32,558 bases of DNA from a virus: IMG/VR virus record IMGVR_UViG_3300045988_015320, positions 1 through 32,558 of that record; one strand, given 5' to 3'. The translations under genes and the position numbers were made by a program. This document shows positions 1 through 6,850 of this stretch, in pieces. How positions within the stretch are numbered: position 1 is the first letter of the stretch; the number at the start of each line of letters is the position of its first letter. The notes under the pieces were generated by a model. It was not told where the DNA came from. It ran no database searches and worked only from the letters and a program-made list of their open reading frames with translations.

Positions 1-55
1 TTTAAATTCTGACATTCTCATGTCTCCTTTCTCCTGCTTCCCCGGCAGTTCGGTA
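1..55. repeat. Terminal direct repeat, identical to 32504-32558 (circularisation overlap)
   Basis: tttaaattctgacattctcatgtctcctttctcctgcttccccggcagttcggta occurs at both ends. It contains the RBS and first codons of the scaffold gene. Confidence 0.95.
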
Positions 56-65
56 TTTTATATAT

Positions 66-90
66 AAAAAAAAGCAGTCGTAAGACTACT
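66..90 (-). terminator. Intrinsic terminator downstream of terL
   Basis: Minus-strand RNA is AGUAGUC-UUAC-GACUGCU (7 bp, one G:U) followed by U8. It starts 6 nt after the terL stop. Confidence 0.6.
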
Positions 91-95
91 TGTTT

Positions 96-1502
96 TTAAT
101 AACTGATTTTTTGCTTTTTCTTAGGTTTGGTTGTAACGCAAGCCCAATGCGCAAGCAAGGCGCTATCCATCAAGGAAATATCCATATCAGCAAAGTGAGA
201 ACGATACCCAAAACCACCGTTTGAACCGATGTTTCTTTTCTCACAGTTTGTTACAACTTTCTTCAATGATGGTTGTCCACTGTGGCATAAGGTTTTTTGA
301 TAGATACCTTGTTCCCACATGGAATTGGCTACGATGATTTCTTTCACTGTTGGCAAGATTACATTCTTTATTTTGTAATCTTTCAATTCTTCATCGAGGA
401 TTTTCTGCCCACTTGCACCATCTACCACTACGGTTGCTACTGATGCACGTTTTAGAAAATCAACAATCCATTCATTTCCATTTCTGACTGACTGACAGTC
501 AATTGTCTCAACAAACACACGATCATCTACTGTGCGAACAGCCACGCTTAAAGCGACATTTGCACCATCTTGACCATACTTGATACCAACAAATAACTTG
601 CCTGTAAATTCAGGAATTGGTGATACTTCCAACTCATTCCACTCTGTTTCAGATATGGCTGATTTCTGGTTGTATTGTGGCCAAAAACCTAAACGCTGTA
701 CATTATGGTCTAGTTTATCATCACCTAACTCAGCTTCAATCTTACGCTCATTTAAGTGGTATCCCATAGATGGATTGGTTGCATACCATGCTTCCACATC
801 ATCTATTTCTCTTTCTTCAGGAACAGACCATTCAGCCCACCCTGAATACTTACCTTTCCCAAACAAGCAAGCCTTACGGTAATCAGTGAAGACCGTACCG
901 TTTGAAACTGGAGTAGGTGGTGTACCACACATAACAGTCATTGGATTATCACTATCCGTAACTGTATATTTAAGAGCAGATTCTTGCTCTTTTGTGTATT
1001 CCTGCGCCTCGTCAATAATGAGTAAGTCGAATCCTTCACCAAGACCACCATTTGATGTTCTGGTTCTGAATTGCACAACTCCACCTGTTTCATACAACTC
1101 AATTCTTTCTTGCCCTTTAGCACGAATAGAATTAAAATGCTCACCATCTTTATATCCCATTTTTTCGAGGTATCTTTTGACTTTTTCAAAAGATGAATGA
1201 GATGTTGAAATACGGTGAGCAGTATGAAGTATGTTTAAACCATGATGTAACCCCCATAGTTCTAGCATGTATAGAATTTCTGATTTACCATTACGACGGG
1301 GAATTGAATAGCCAAATTTTTGATGTATCCATAGACCGTCTTTATCGACAGCCATAATAGGTTCTAATAAGTTAATTTGCCATTTGTAACATCCAAGGCC
1401 AGTTTTTTCGTAGATATCTATCGCTTCTTTTGCTCTGGATTTTTTCTTGACGTATTTTAAAATTACCGATTCCGTAGGATTTTGACTGCCTAACTTGGCC
1501 AT
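96..1502 (-). CDS. terL: Terminase large subunit
   Basis: 468 aa. Walker A-like PRRNGKSE and Walker B LLIIDEAQ, with a C-terminal nuclease-type domain. ATG is preceded by AAAGGA. Confidence 0.85.
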   Translation of the reverse strand: MAKLGSQNPTESVILKYVKKKSRAKEAIDIYEKTGLGCYKWQINLLEPIMAVDKDGLWIHQKFGYSIPRRNGKSEILYMLELWGLHHGLNILHTAHRISTSHSSFEKVKRYLEKMGYKDGEHFNSIRAKGQERIELYETGGVVQFRTRTSNGGLGEGFDLLIIDEAQEYTKEQESALKYTVTDSDNPMTVMCGTPPTPVSNGTVFTDYRKACLFGKGKYSGWAEWSVPEEREIDDVEAWYATNPSMGYHLNERKIEAELGDDKLDHNVQRLGFWPQYNQKSAISETEWNELEVSPIPEFTGKLFVGIKYGQDGANVALSVAVRTVDDRVFVETIDCQSVRNGNEWIVDFLKRASVATVVVDGASGQKILDEELKDYKIKNVILPTVKEIIVANSMWEQGIYQKTLCHSGQPSLKKVVTNCEKRNIGSNGGFGYRSHFADMDISLMDSALLAHWACVTTKPKKKQKISY

Positions 1503-1602
1503 ACTTTAAATCCTTTCAATCGTATTTGCATGATAACCCTGTCGCTGGGAGATACTGGATCACCTCCGTTCTAACAGTGATTGTTCTTTTTCATCTCTGT
1601 TA

Positions 1603-2310
1603 TCACCTCCAAGTCTTTTTCCAAACATCTTGTTTTTTACCACTTTTAGGGTCGTATTCTGTTGTGCACCTACATCTATTATGTCTAGCATAAACATTTT
1701 TAGGTACCTTAGGATAAGAATAGGTGCCCTCGATACTTCGACACCACGCGCAACAATCACTTAAAGCATGACGGATGATTTCAGGCTTCAATCCTGCTTT
1801 ATAATGAAATTCTGCATTTGACTGAATAAAATCATCTACAATACTTTGAGTGAAATTAACAATCGGTTCATCTACCAACCATGCTATCGTATCAAAACTT
1901 TCTTCACTAGATAGACGATTTACAAGACCATCTATCCTATCCTTATTTAGTGATGGTATTTGAATTGCAAGCCCTATTTTTGCCTTGGTATTCAATTCTT
2001 TTTGAACACTAGCAGTATAACTACTCACAATCTCATAATTTTGCCCTAATACGTCCTCTAAGAGCCTTTTAGCGATATTGTAATACATTTTACCGTCTGG
2101 TAAAACATCGACTGTTAAGGACGTACTGAGAGCTTGTGAGAGTATTTCTCCAATCTCAATGGCAAATTCATTAGCTGTTTTGTAGGTTGCTTTTTTTGCT
2201 TTTAATTTCAAAAATGCTTTTTCTACAATCTCACTTTCACCATAAGATAATTCAAACTTATCCTTGACTTCTTTTAAAAGTCTTGGGAGAATATCAATTT
2301 CATCATTCAT
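1603..2310 (-). CDS. Minor head / head-morphogenesis protein, Mu F / SPP1 gp7-like
   Basis: 235 aa. The C-terminal motif CCAWCRS...YARHNRCRC resembles the Phage_Mu_F domain. It overlaps the portal stop by 8 nt. Confidence 0.65.
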   Translation of the reverse strand: MNDEIDILPRLLKEVKDKFELSYGESEIVEKAFLKLKAKKATYKTANEFAIEIGEILSQALSTSLTVDVLPDGKMYYNIAKRLLEDVLGQNYEIVSSYTASVQKELNTKAKIGLAIQIPSLNKDRIDGLVNRLSSEESFDTIAWLVDEPIVNFTQSIVDDFIQSNAEFHYKAGLKPEIIRHALSDCCAWCRSIEGTYSYPKVPKNVYARHNRCRCTTEYDPKSGKKQDVWKKTWR

Positions 2311-3763
2311 CTACTTGCTCCAAAACTTTTGTTCTGTCTAGCATTGCTTCAGCTTCACTAGGACTGATACCCGTTGAGATCAATAAAGAAATAGCATTTT
2401 CTTTTGAAAGAACACCTTTTTGGTAGTTACTCAAGAGAGATGTAATTTCATAGGTTGAGATAATTCTATTTTTTTGCTTATCCTCCACCTCAACAGATGG
2501 TTGTGGTGGTTGTGGTTGCTCTACAACTGGTTTAGCATTCATATCTCCAACAATACCAGTTAAATCTCTAATAGCTGACGCTGTGATATATCCTGGTAGA
2601 GCTTGGTTAAGTTTCAACACACCATCACCAATCAAAGTCATCATATTGGCATCTGCTTCAAATAATGGTTCCCACTTGACTGTCGTTTTAACAAATTCAT
2701 CACGGTAATACGGATAATCATCACGTAAACATGCTGCTACGTATGCTACATTCTGCAATCCAGAACCTAGGGAACGTTGAGCCTTTCGACCAGCTAAACG
2801 CAAATTCTCATGACTTGCTTTGATAGCTTCGACAGATGACGGATTATCTGATGGGAATCCTAAGTCATCCAATGTCAACCCCATCTCACCAGCGAAACAA
2901 GATGCCAGCATTTTGAATTGGTCAACCAGTGGACTCATGCTTGCTGCATTGAATTGTCCTACGTTTGGTTTATCGCCATTCTCATTCGCTGAAATCGTCA
3001 AAAAGCTAGAAATTGTTGCTTTTAGCTTTTCGATTGGTTCTGCATCTGGATCTAAACCAACGATGTATTTTTGTGGCCATGAGTAAAACTCACTAGCAAT
3101 CATCATTTTTTCAAGGGTGTCTTGTGCCAGTTTTTGTAATCTCATTCCAGAATTTGTTACTCGACTGCGACCAAAAGGTCTAACTGCATCGGGTCTGTGA
3201 ATAACTGGAACAAGCAAAGGAATACCTGTTGGATTTTCGACAGAATAAGGTTCTTTCCCCTTTTCAATAAAATGAGTCGCATTTGGTTCAAAATACGCTT
3301 CTAAAATAGGCTGTTTATTATCATCTCTTGCTAGTACTGCATACCCTTCAGTCAACAATCCATTGATAGGGTCAATGATACCTGTCGCATTACTTGATTC
3401 AATAACTTGTAATCTCACTTCATCATTTTGACCACTGGATATGTAAACAAAACAACAAGAGCCAATCAAGGAGGATAGAACAACGCTATCGAAAAATATA
3501 TCTGGGTTATTCTGTCTAAAGATGTCCATGACTTGATATTGGTCATTATCAAACTCCCTAAAAACTAATCTATCTGCTAAACTATCCACTCCTTTAGTTG
3601 TCCAACCTAAAGAGATTTTAAACTGCTCTCTGATTTGAGGCGGAATAGTAATTCCAATCTGATTATTGAAACTATTCATAGAATAGTGGTTATATCGCTC
3701 ATTTACACTTGATTGATGTGATACCATCTTTCTGCGAAGATACTCAATTCCTTTTAAACTCAA
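2303..3763 (-). CDS. Portal protein (SPP1 gp6-type)
   Basis: 486 aa. Size, sequence character and adjacency to the MuF-like gene support the call. TTG start lies 7 nt after GGAAAGGA. Confidence 0.75.
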   Translation of the reverse strand: MSLKGIEYLRRKMVSHQSSVNERYNHYSMNSFNNQIGITIPPQIREQFKISLGWTTKGVDSLADRLVFREFDNDQYQVMDIFRQNNPDIFFDSVVLSSLIGSCCFVYISSGQNDEVRLQVIESSNATGIIDPINGLLTEGYAVLARDDNKQPILEAYFEPNATHFIEKGKEPYSVENPTGIPLLVPVIHRPDAVRPFGRSRVTNSGMRLQKLAQDTLEKMMIASEFYSWPQKYIVGLDPDAEPIEKLKATISSFLTISANENGDKPNVGQFNAASMSPLVDQFKMLASCFAGEMGLTLDDLGFPSDNPSSVEAIKASHENLRLAGRKAQRSLGSGLQNVAYVAACLRDDYPYYRDEFVKTTVKWEPLFEADANMMTLIGDGVLKLNQALPGYITASAIRDLTGIVGDMNAKPVVEQPQPPQPSVEVEDKQKNRIISTYEITSLLSNYQKGVLSKENAISLLISTGISPSEAEAMLDRTKVLEQVDE

Positions 3764-3800
3764 TTTATGATCCTTTCCTTAATTTCGCACGAAAAAAAAT

Positions 3801-3860
3801 GTACAGTGACGGTGTGAAGCTCTCAGGCTCTGCCCGTGGGGGTCATACCCCCCCATAAAC
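3801..3860 (-). other. GC-rich island with G5-TCATA-C7 palindrome; candidate cos/pac cleavage region
   Basis: gtacagtgacggtgtgaagctctcaggctctgcccgtgggggtcatacccccccat is the only strongly GC-rich stretch in a 228-nt non-coding gap between HNH and portal. Confidence 0.35.
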
Positions 3861-3916
3861 CTTGATAAATCAACATTTTCACTTTTAATTTATTTAAAAA
3901 CCTCGATAAATTAGGC

Positions 3917-4002
3917 TTTTTGTTCATTTTTTCCTTATTTTTGCTAATTTTTAGATTTTTTTACGTTTTTTTTGCCGTTTTTTAGCATTTTTTACGATTT
4001 TT
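3917..4002 (-). repeat. Array of nine helically phased A-tracts (intrinsically bent DNA)
   Basis: Plus-strand T5-T8 runs start at 3917, 3927, 3938, 3948, 3956, 3966, 3978, 3988 and 3998. Mean spacing is about 10 bp. Confidence 0.8.
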
Positions 4003-4324
4003 CTTTGTAATTCATCCAATCCACAGAATGTGGCAGATTCCTATTCCCAATTGTTGCAGAATTTGTTTTTTCATTTACAAACAACTTATCAGATTTTTGT
4101 CTATTACACTGCCAATGAGCTAATTGTAAGTTGTTGATATCTGAAGGATGTCCATTCTTATTAACTGGAACAATGTGATCTATGACTGGACTCAGTGGAT
4201 GTGGATACTTCAAGCTTTTATCCACTGGATTGCCACAGATACCACAAGTGTTTTTAGTTTTTAGAATAATTTTCTTATTCTTTTCGAAAGCAACACGATG
4301 TGCACCTGTCCTATCTGCTCTCAT
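3992..4324 (-). CDS. HNH endonuclease (packaging-associated)
   Basis: Zinc knuckle CGICGNP and DHIVPVNKNGHPSDINNLQLAHWQCNRQK. ATG at 4324 follows GGAAGGAGGAGAGG. The track start at 4345 is an upstream TTG. Confidence 0.85.
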   Translation of the reverse strand: MRADRTGAHRVAFEKNKKIILKTKNTCGICGNPVDKSLKYPHPLSPVIDHIVPVNKNGHPSDINNLQLAHWQCNRQKSDKLFVNEKTNSATIGNRNLPHSVDWMNYKEKS

Positions 4325-4340
4325 CCTCTCCTCCTTCCAA

Positions 4341-4369
4341 CACAAAAAGCCACACGGTTATTGTGTGAC
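4341..4369 (-). terminator. Intrinsic terminator fused to the HNH RBS
   Basis: Minus-strand RNA is GUCACAC-AAUAAC-CGUGUGGC (7 bp, one U:G) followed by UUUUUGUGUU, which runs directly into GGAAGGAGG. Confidence 0.55.
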
Positions 4370-4386
4370 TTTATGAAGACCTCTCA

Positions 4387-4421
4387 TGAGAATAGTGGGA
4401 TTCGAACCCACTCGTATTCCC
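4387..4421 (-). other. tRNA-like acceptor/T-arm minihelix (no D or anticodon arm)
   Basis: Minus strand is GGGAATA-CGA-GTGGG-TTCGAAT-CCCAC-TATTCTC-A. This gives a 7-bp acceptor-like stem (one G:U), a 5-bp T stem and the canonical T-loop TTCGAAT. Confidence 0.5.
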
Positions 4422-4433
4422 GAAAATAAAAAA

Positions 4434-4517
4434 CGGTGTTAGGAAGTTTAGAGATATATAAACTATAAAATTAAAAAACGCAAAGGAAAATCAACAATGA
4501 ATACTTTCCTAACACCG
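4434..4517. repeat. Perfect 12-bp inverted repeat enclosing 60 AT-rich nt (candidate late-promoter / regulator-binding region)
   Basis: cggtgttaggaa (4434-4445) pairs with ttcctaacaccg (4506-4517). The minus-strand loop contains TTGCGT-17 nt-TATATA. A T-tract follows on the minus strand. Confidence 0.6.
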
Positions 4518-4583
4518 AATTAAAAAAATAAATAGGAGTCATCAGCCTCTTGCTGATACTAACATAATATCACTTTAAAACTA

Positions 4584-5012
4584 TCATTTACTATCATTAC
4601 TATCAAAAGTGTTAGTAATTTCTTGAATAGCTTTATCTCTTGCCCGTTGTATTGTCGCATTACTGCAATTTAGCCTTCTTTGAACTTCATCCCAAGATAA
4701 ACCATCGATATAAAGTAATCGCATTACAATGTTTTGAATTGGATCAATAAGATTTTCAATCGCTTTGATTAAATCATCTTGCTCTTGATATTCTTGTTCT
4801 ATCTTCTTGTAGATTTCATTGATTTTATCGACTACTCTAATATTCATATCTTCAGTCTGATTATCATTCGATTGTGACTTAGGCATACTATCGAATGACT
4901 GCCCTTTAATCGTTCCAGACCTAAGACTGATAATTTCATGATGTAAAGACTTGATTTTAACGTTCACATAAGGCAGTTTCTTCAAGCGTTTTTTTATATC
5001 AATCAAATTCAT
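4584..5012 (-). CDS. ArpU/RinA-like late transcriptional regulator (sigma-70 region-4-like HTH)
   Basis: 142 aa. The C-terminal segment LSWDEVQRRLNCSNATIQRARDKAI resembles region 4. The gene lies directly upstream of the packaging genes. Confidence 0.6.
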   Translation of the reverse strand: MNLIDIKKRLKKLPYVNVKIKSLHHEIISLRSGTIKGQSFDSMPKSQSNDNQTEDMNIRVVDKINEIYKKIEQEYQEQDDLIKAIENLIDPIQNIVMRLLYIDGLSWDEVQRRLNCSNATIQRARDKAIQEITNTFDSNDSK

Positions 5013-5242
5013 TCCTCTCTAACAAACACATTCATCGGCAAATTGAAATAAGTTGCCACATCTTCAACGTTGTACAAATCAGGTACTGCTTTTAAATTCT
5101 CCCAATTCGAGATTGTTGCAGTTGAATAGCCTAGCTTATTTCCTAATTTTTCTAAAGTAATCTTATTATCTTTTCGCTTTTGCTTTAACATAAAAGCAAA
5201 CCGTTTACGTTGATTGTCATTTAATCTTTGCTCGTAGTTCAT
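5009..5242 (-). CDS. XRE-family HTH DNA-binding protein
   Basis: 77 aa. ITLEKLGNKLGYSTATISNWEN is a typical HTH_XRE core. Start and stop overlap the neighbouring genes. Confidence 0.6.
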   Translation of the reverse strand: MNYEQRLNDNQRKRFAFMLKQKRKDNKITLEKLGNKLGYSTATISNWENLKAVPDLYNVEDVATYFNLPMNVFVREE

Positions 5243-5720
5243 CAGGTAATTCCTCCCACTTCACAAATGAACCATCAATCCATAGACCTTTACGGTCTTT
5301 GATTTCTTGATAAGCCAGTTCAAAACATTCATCAAAATCATACCCAAGGTTTTTTAGATAACCAATACAACGTACTAGGTTGTGTCTGCACATTACCTTA
5401 CTAGCAAATCCTTGTGAGAGTTGAAACTCACTGATATTTGCATTGATTGAGATGAAGCTTTCCATCACATCTTTTTTACGAATGTTATCAGACTCTTCAA
5501 AAATCTGATTCACATCTTCTTTGATGAGCAATGCTAGACCGACAATAACGACTGCACAATCACCGATACTGTCCTTGGTTAACTGCTCATTCTTCTTGAG
5601 ATAACCAGCGCATAGCTCACCGAACTCTTCACTAAGCTTGAGTGACTGCTTGTCTAATCGTCCACCGTTCTCAAGATCACGGTCTACGAACCATTGTTTT
5701 ACATTTTCTAGTGTGTTCAT
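5217..5720 (-). CDS. All-alpha NTP pyrophosphohydrolase (MazG-like / dimeric dUTPase-like)
   Basis: 167 aa. An acidic LSEEFGELC motif is followed by DSIGD. RBS is AAAGGGG. Confidence 0.45.
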   Translation of the reverse strand: MNTLENVKQWFVDRDLENGGRLDKQSLKLSEEFGELCAGYLKKNEQLTKDSIGDCAVVIVGLALLIKEDVNQIFEESDNIRKKDVMESFISINANISEFQLSQGFASKVMCRHNLVRCIGYLKNLGYDFDECFELAYQEIKDRKGLWIDGSFVKWEELPDELRAKIK

Positions 5721-5732
5721 GTTAGCCCCTTT

Positions 5733-5987
5733 CTATTTGTTATACAAGGTTACATTGCTTGAGTGAGTGTAATACACCTCTCCATTTTCAAAAGTAACTC
5801 GAACGCTATCTTGTCGTTCATATTTCGCCCATTGCTTGACCTTGCCTTCAACGATTTGTCCGTCAACTAGTTTGATTTTTGCGTATTTGAAAGTAAAGGT
5901 TGTTCCAATAATATCTTTATTTCCACACCCTACAAGACTAACAAAAGACAAACTAATTAAAATTGTAGCGAATAATTTTTTCATCAT
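5733..5987 (-). CDS. Small lipoprotein
   Basis: 84 aa. Signal peptide MMKKLFATILISLSFVSLVGC has lipobox LVGC. ATGA overlap with the upstream ORF. Confidence 0.65.
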   Translation of the reverse strand: MMKKLFATILISLSFVSLVGCGNKDIIGTTFTFKYAKIKLVDGQIVEGKVKQWAKYERQDSVRVTFENGEVYYTHSSNVTLYNK

Positions 5988-6253
5988 ATTTCTACCTCAT
6001 CTCCAATTTCAATGTTTTTAAATCTTTCTTCACTCACCACAAACACATTCCCATTTACCGTGATAGTGAATAGACTTCCGATTTTTTTCTTTTCTGTAAC
6101 CTTACCAGTGATAGCGTATTTACTATCAGCGTGATAGATAAGCAAGGGTTTCTGTGCTTCACGTTGCATGAATAGCAAGCAAGTCGTGAGTAAGGCATAG
6201 CCGATTAAGAAGCGTTTCAATCTTCGACCTCTCTTCCGTGTTCTTTCAGCCAT
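5984..6253 (-). CDS. Signal-anchored small membrane protein
   Basis: 89 aa. A basic N-terminus (RTRKRGRRLKR) is followed by a hydrophobic helix FLIGYALLTTCLLF. Confidence 0.5.
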   Translation of the reverse strand: MAERTRKRGRRLKRFLIGYALLTTCLLFMQREAQKPLLIYHADSKYAITGKVTEKKKIGSLFTITVNGNVFVVSEERFKNIEIGDEVEI

Positions 6254-6363
6254 CTGTCAAAACCCTCAAAGACATTTTCATTTCTTTTTAATTTGAAAAT
6301 TCCACTATATCTATCATCACAATACTCGCAATAATCTATATATGTTCCACCGTAAAAAGACAT
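6217..6363 (-). CDS. Hypothetical 48-aa protein (not in ORF track)
   Basis: MSFYGGTYIDYCEYCDDRYSGIFKLKRNENVFEGFDRWLKEHGREVED. RBS is GGAGGTGGAG. The start shares one nt with the upstream stop (TGATG). Confidence 0.45.
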   Translation of the reverse strand: MSFYGGTYIDYCEYCDDRYSGIFKLKRNENVFEGFDRWLKEHGREVED

Positions 6364-6512
6364 CACTCCACCTCCTTGCTCTTGAATTCTCTAGTGAGTC
6401 TATTTTTTAAAACTCGAATTTGAAAACACTTATCGTCTGCATATGTATAATAATCATCGGTTTCTTCAATCCATTGACTTCTTGTGTAAGGGTATCTGTT
6501 TGGTCGTGTCAT
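6363..6512 (-). CDS. Hypothetical 49-aa protein with N-terminal PNRYPY motif (not in ORF track)
   Basis: MTRPNRYPYTRSQWIEETDDYYTYADDKCFQIRVLKNRLTREFKSKEVE. RBS GGAG lies 8 nt upstream. Confidence 0.5.
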   Translation of the reverse strand: MTRPNRYPYTRSQWIEETDDYYTYADDKCFQIRVLKNRLTREFKSKEVE

Positions 6513-6517
6513 TATTT

Positions 6518-6850
6518 TTACTCCAACTTCTTAATTTCTTGTTCAATCTGTTCTTTTTTGTGGTTCAGGTCTGATAACTTCTGCAGCTCGATTGCTTTTT
6601 TAATAACTTCGAGCCGTTCGATTTCTTCTTTAAACTTGATAAGTTTTTCAATTTTTCGTGCGTATTCATCAAAATTATTTGCCCAGTCATATTCTTCCCA
6701 TCCAAAAGCTCTTCTTAATTCTCTTTTTTGATCATTGAATTTTCTTGTCAACTCGTTATTAAGCAAGGCTTGTGCAATCAGGATATAAATAGACATACCA
6801 ATCACTAACAAAGAAATCAAAAGCATCCCCCAAAACATTAAATCTTTCAT
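6518..6850 (-). CDS. N-terminally anchored coiled-coil membrane protein
   Basis: Likely start is MKDLMFWGMLLISLLVIGMSIYILIA at 6850, with an ATGA overlap with the upstream 56-aa ORF. The track start is 6883. Confidence 0.55.
   Translation of the reverse strand: MKDLMFWGMLLISLLVIGMSIYILIAQALLNNELTRKFNDQKRELRRAFGWEEYDWANNFDEYARKIEKLIKFKEEIERLEVIKKAIELQKLSDLNHKKEQIEQEIKKLE

Noticed and set aside
1-55. Terminal repeat as a genuine phage direct terminal repeat or attL/attR duplication
   Set aside because: It lies inside the head-gene region, cutting the scaffold start, far from int and attP. Its length equals a common assembler k-mer. It is interpreted as a circularisation artefact.
1571-1594. 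7-codon mini-ORF MKKNNHC with a GGAGGTGA RBS between MuF and terL, plus a duplicated GGAGGTGAT motif
   Set aside because: It could be a leader peptide, but nothing else supports it. The first GGAGGTGA overlaps the MuF stop codon region and may be coincidental.
1560-1760. 66-aa minus-strand ORF as a possible small terminase upstream of terL
   Set aside because: It is almost wholly nested out of frame within the 3' end of the MuF-like gene. It has no RBS and no HTH or oligomerisation-type sequence.
3823-3927. 34-aa ORF (MNKKPNLSRFLNKLKVKMLIYQGLWGGMTPTGRA) in the HNH-portal gap as a remnant or mini terS
   Set aside because: It is too short, and RBS spacing is poor (AAGGAA only ~3 nt from the ATG). 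It runs through the A-tract array and GC palindrome, which look like DNA-level signals. It is kept only as a remote possibility.
4387-4421. Possible tRNA gene (perfect GTGGG-TTCGAAT-CCCAC T-arm on the minus strand)
   Set aside because: Only the acceptor-like and T-arm elements exist. Three nt (CGA) stand where the D arm, anticodon arm and variable loop should be, and no CCA follows. It is not a functional tRNA gene and is reported instead as a minihelix-like leader element.
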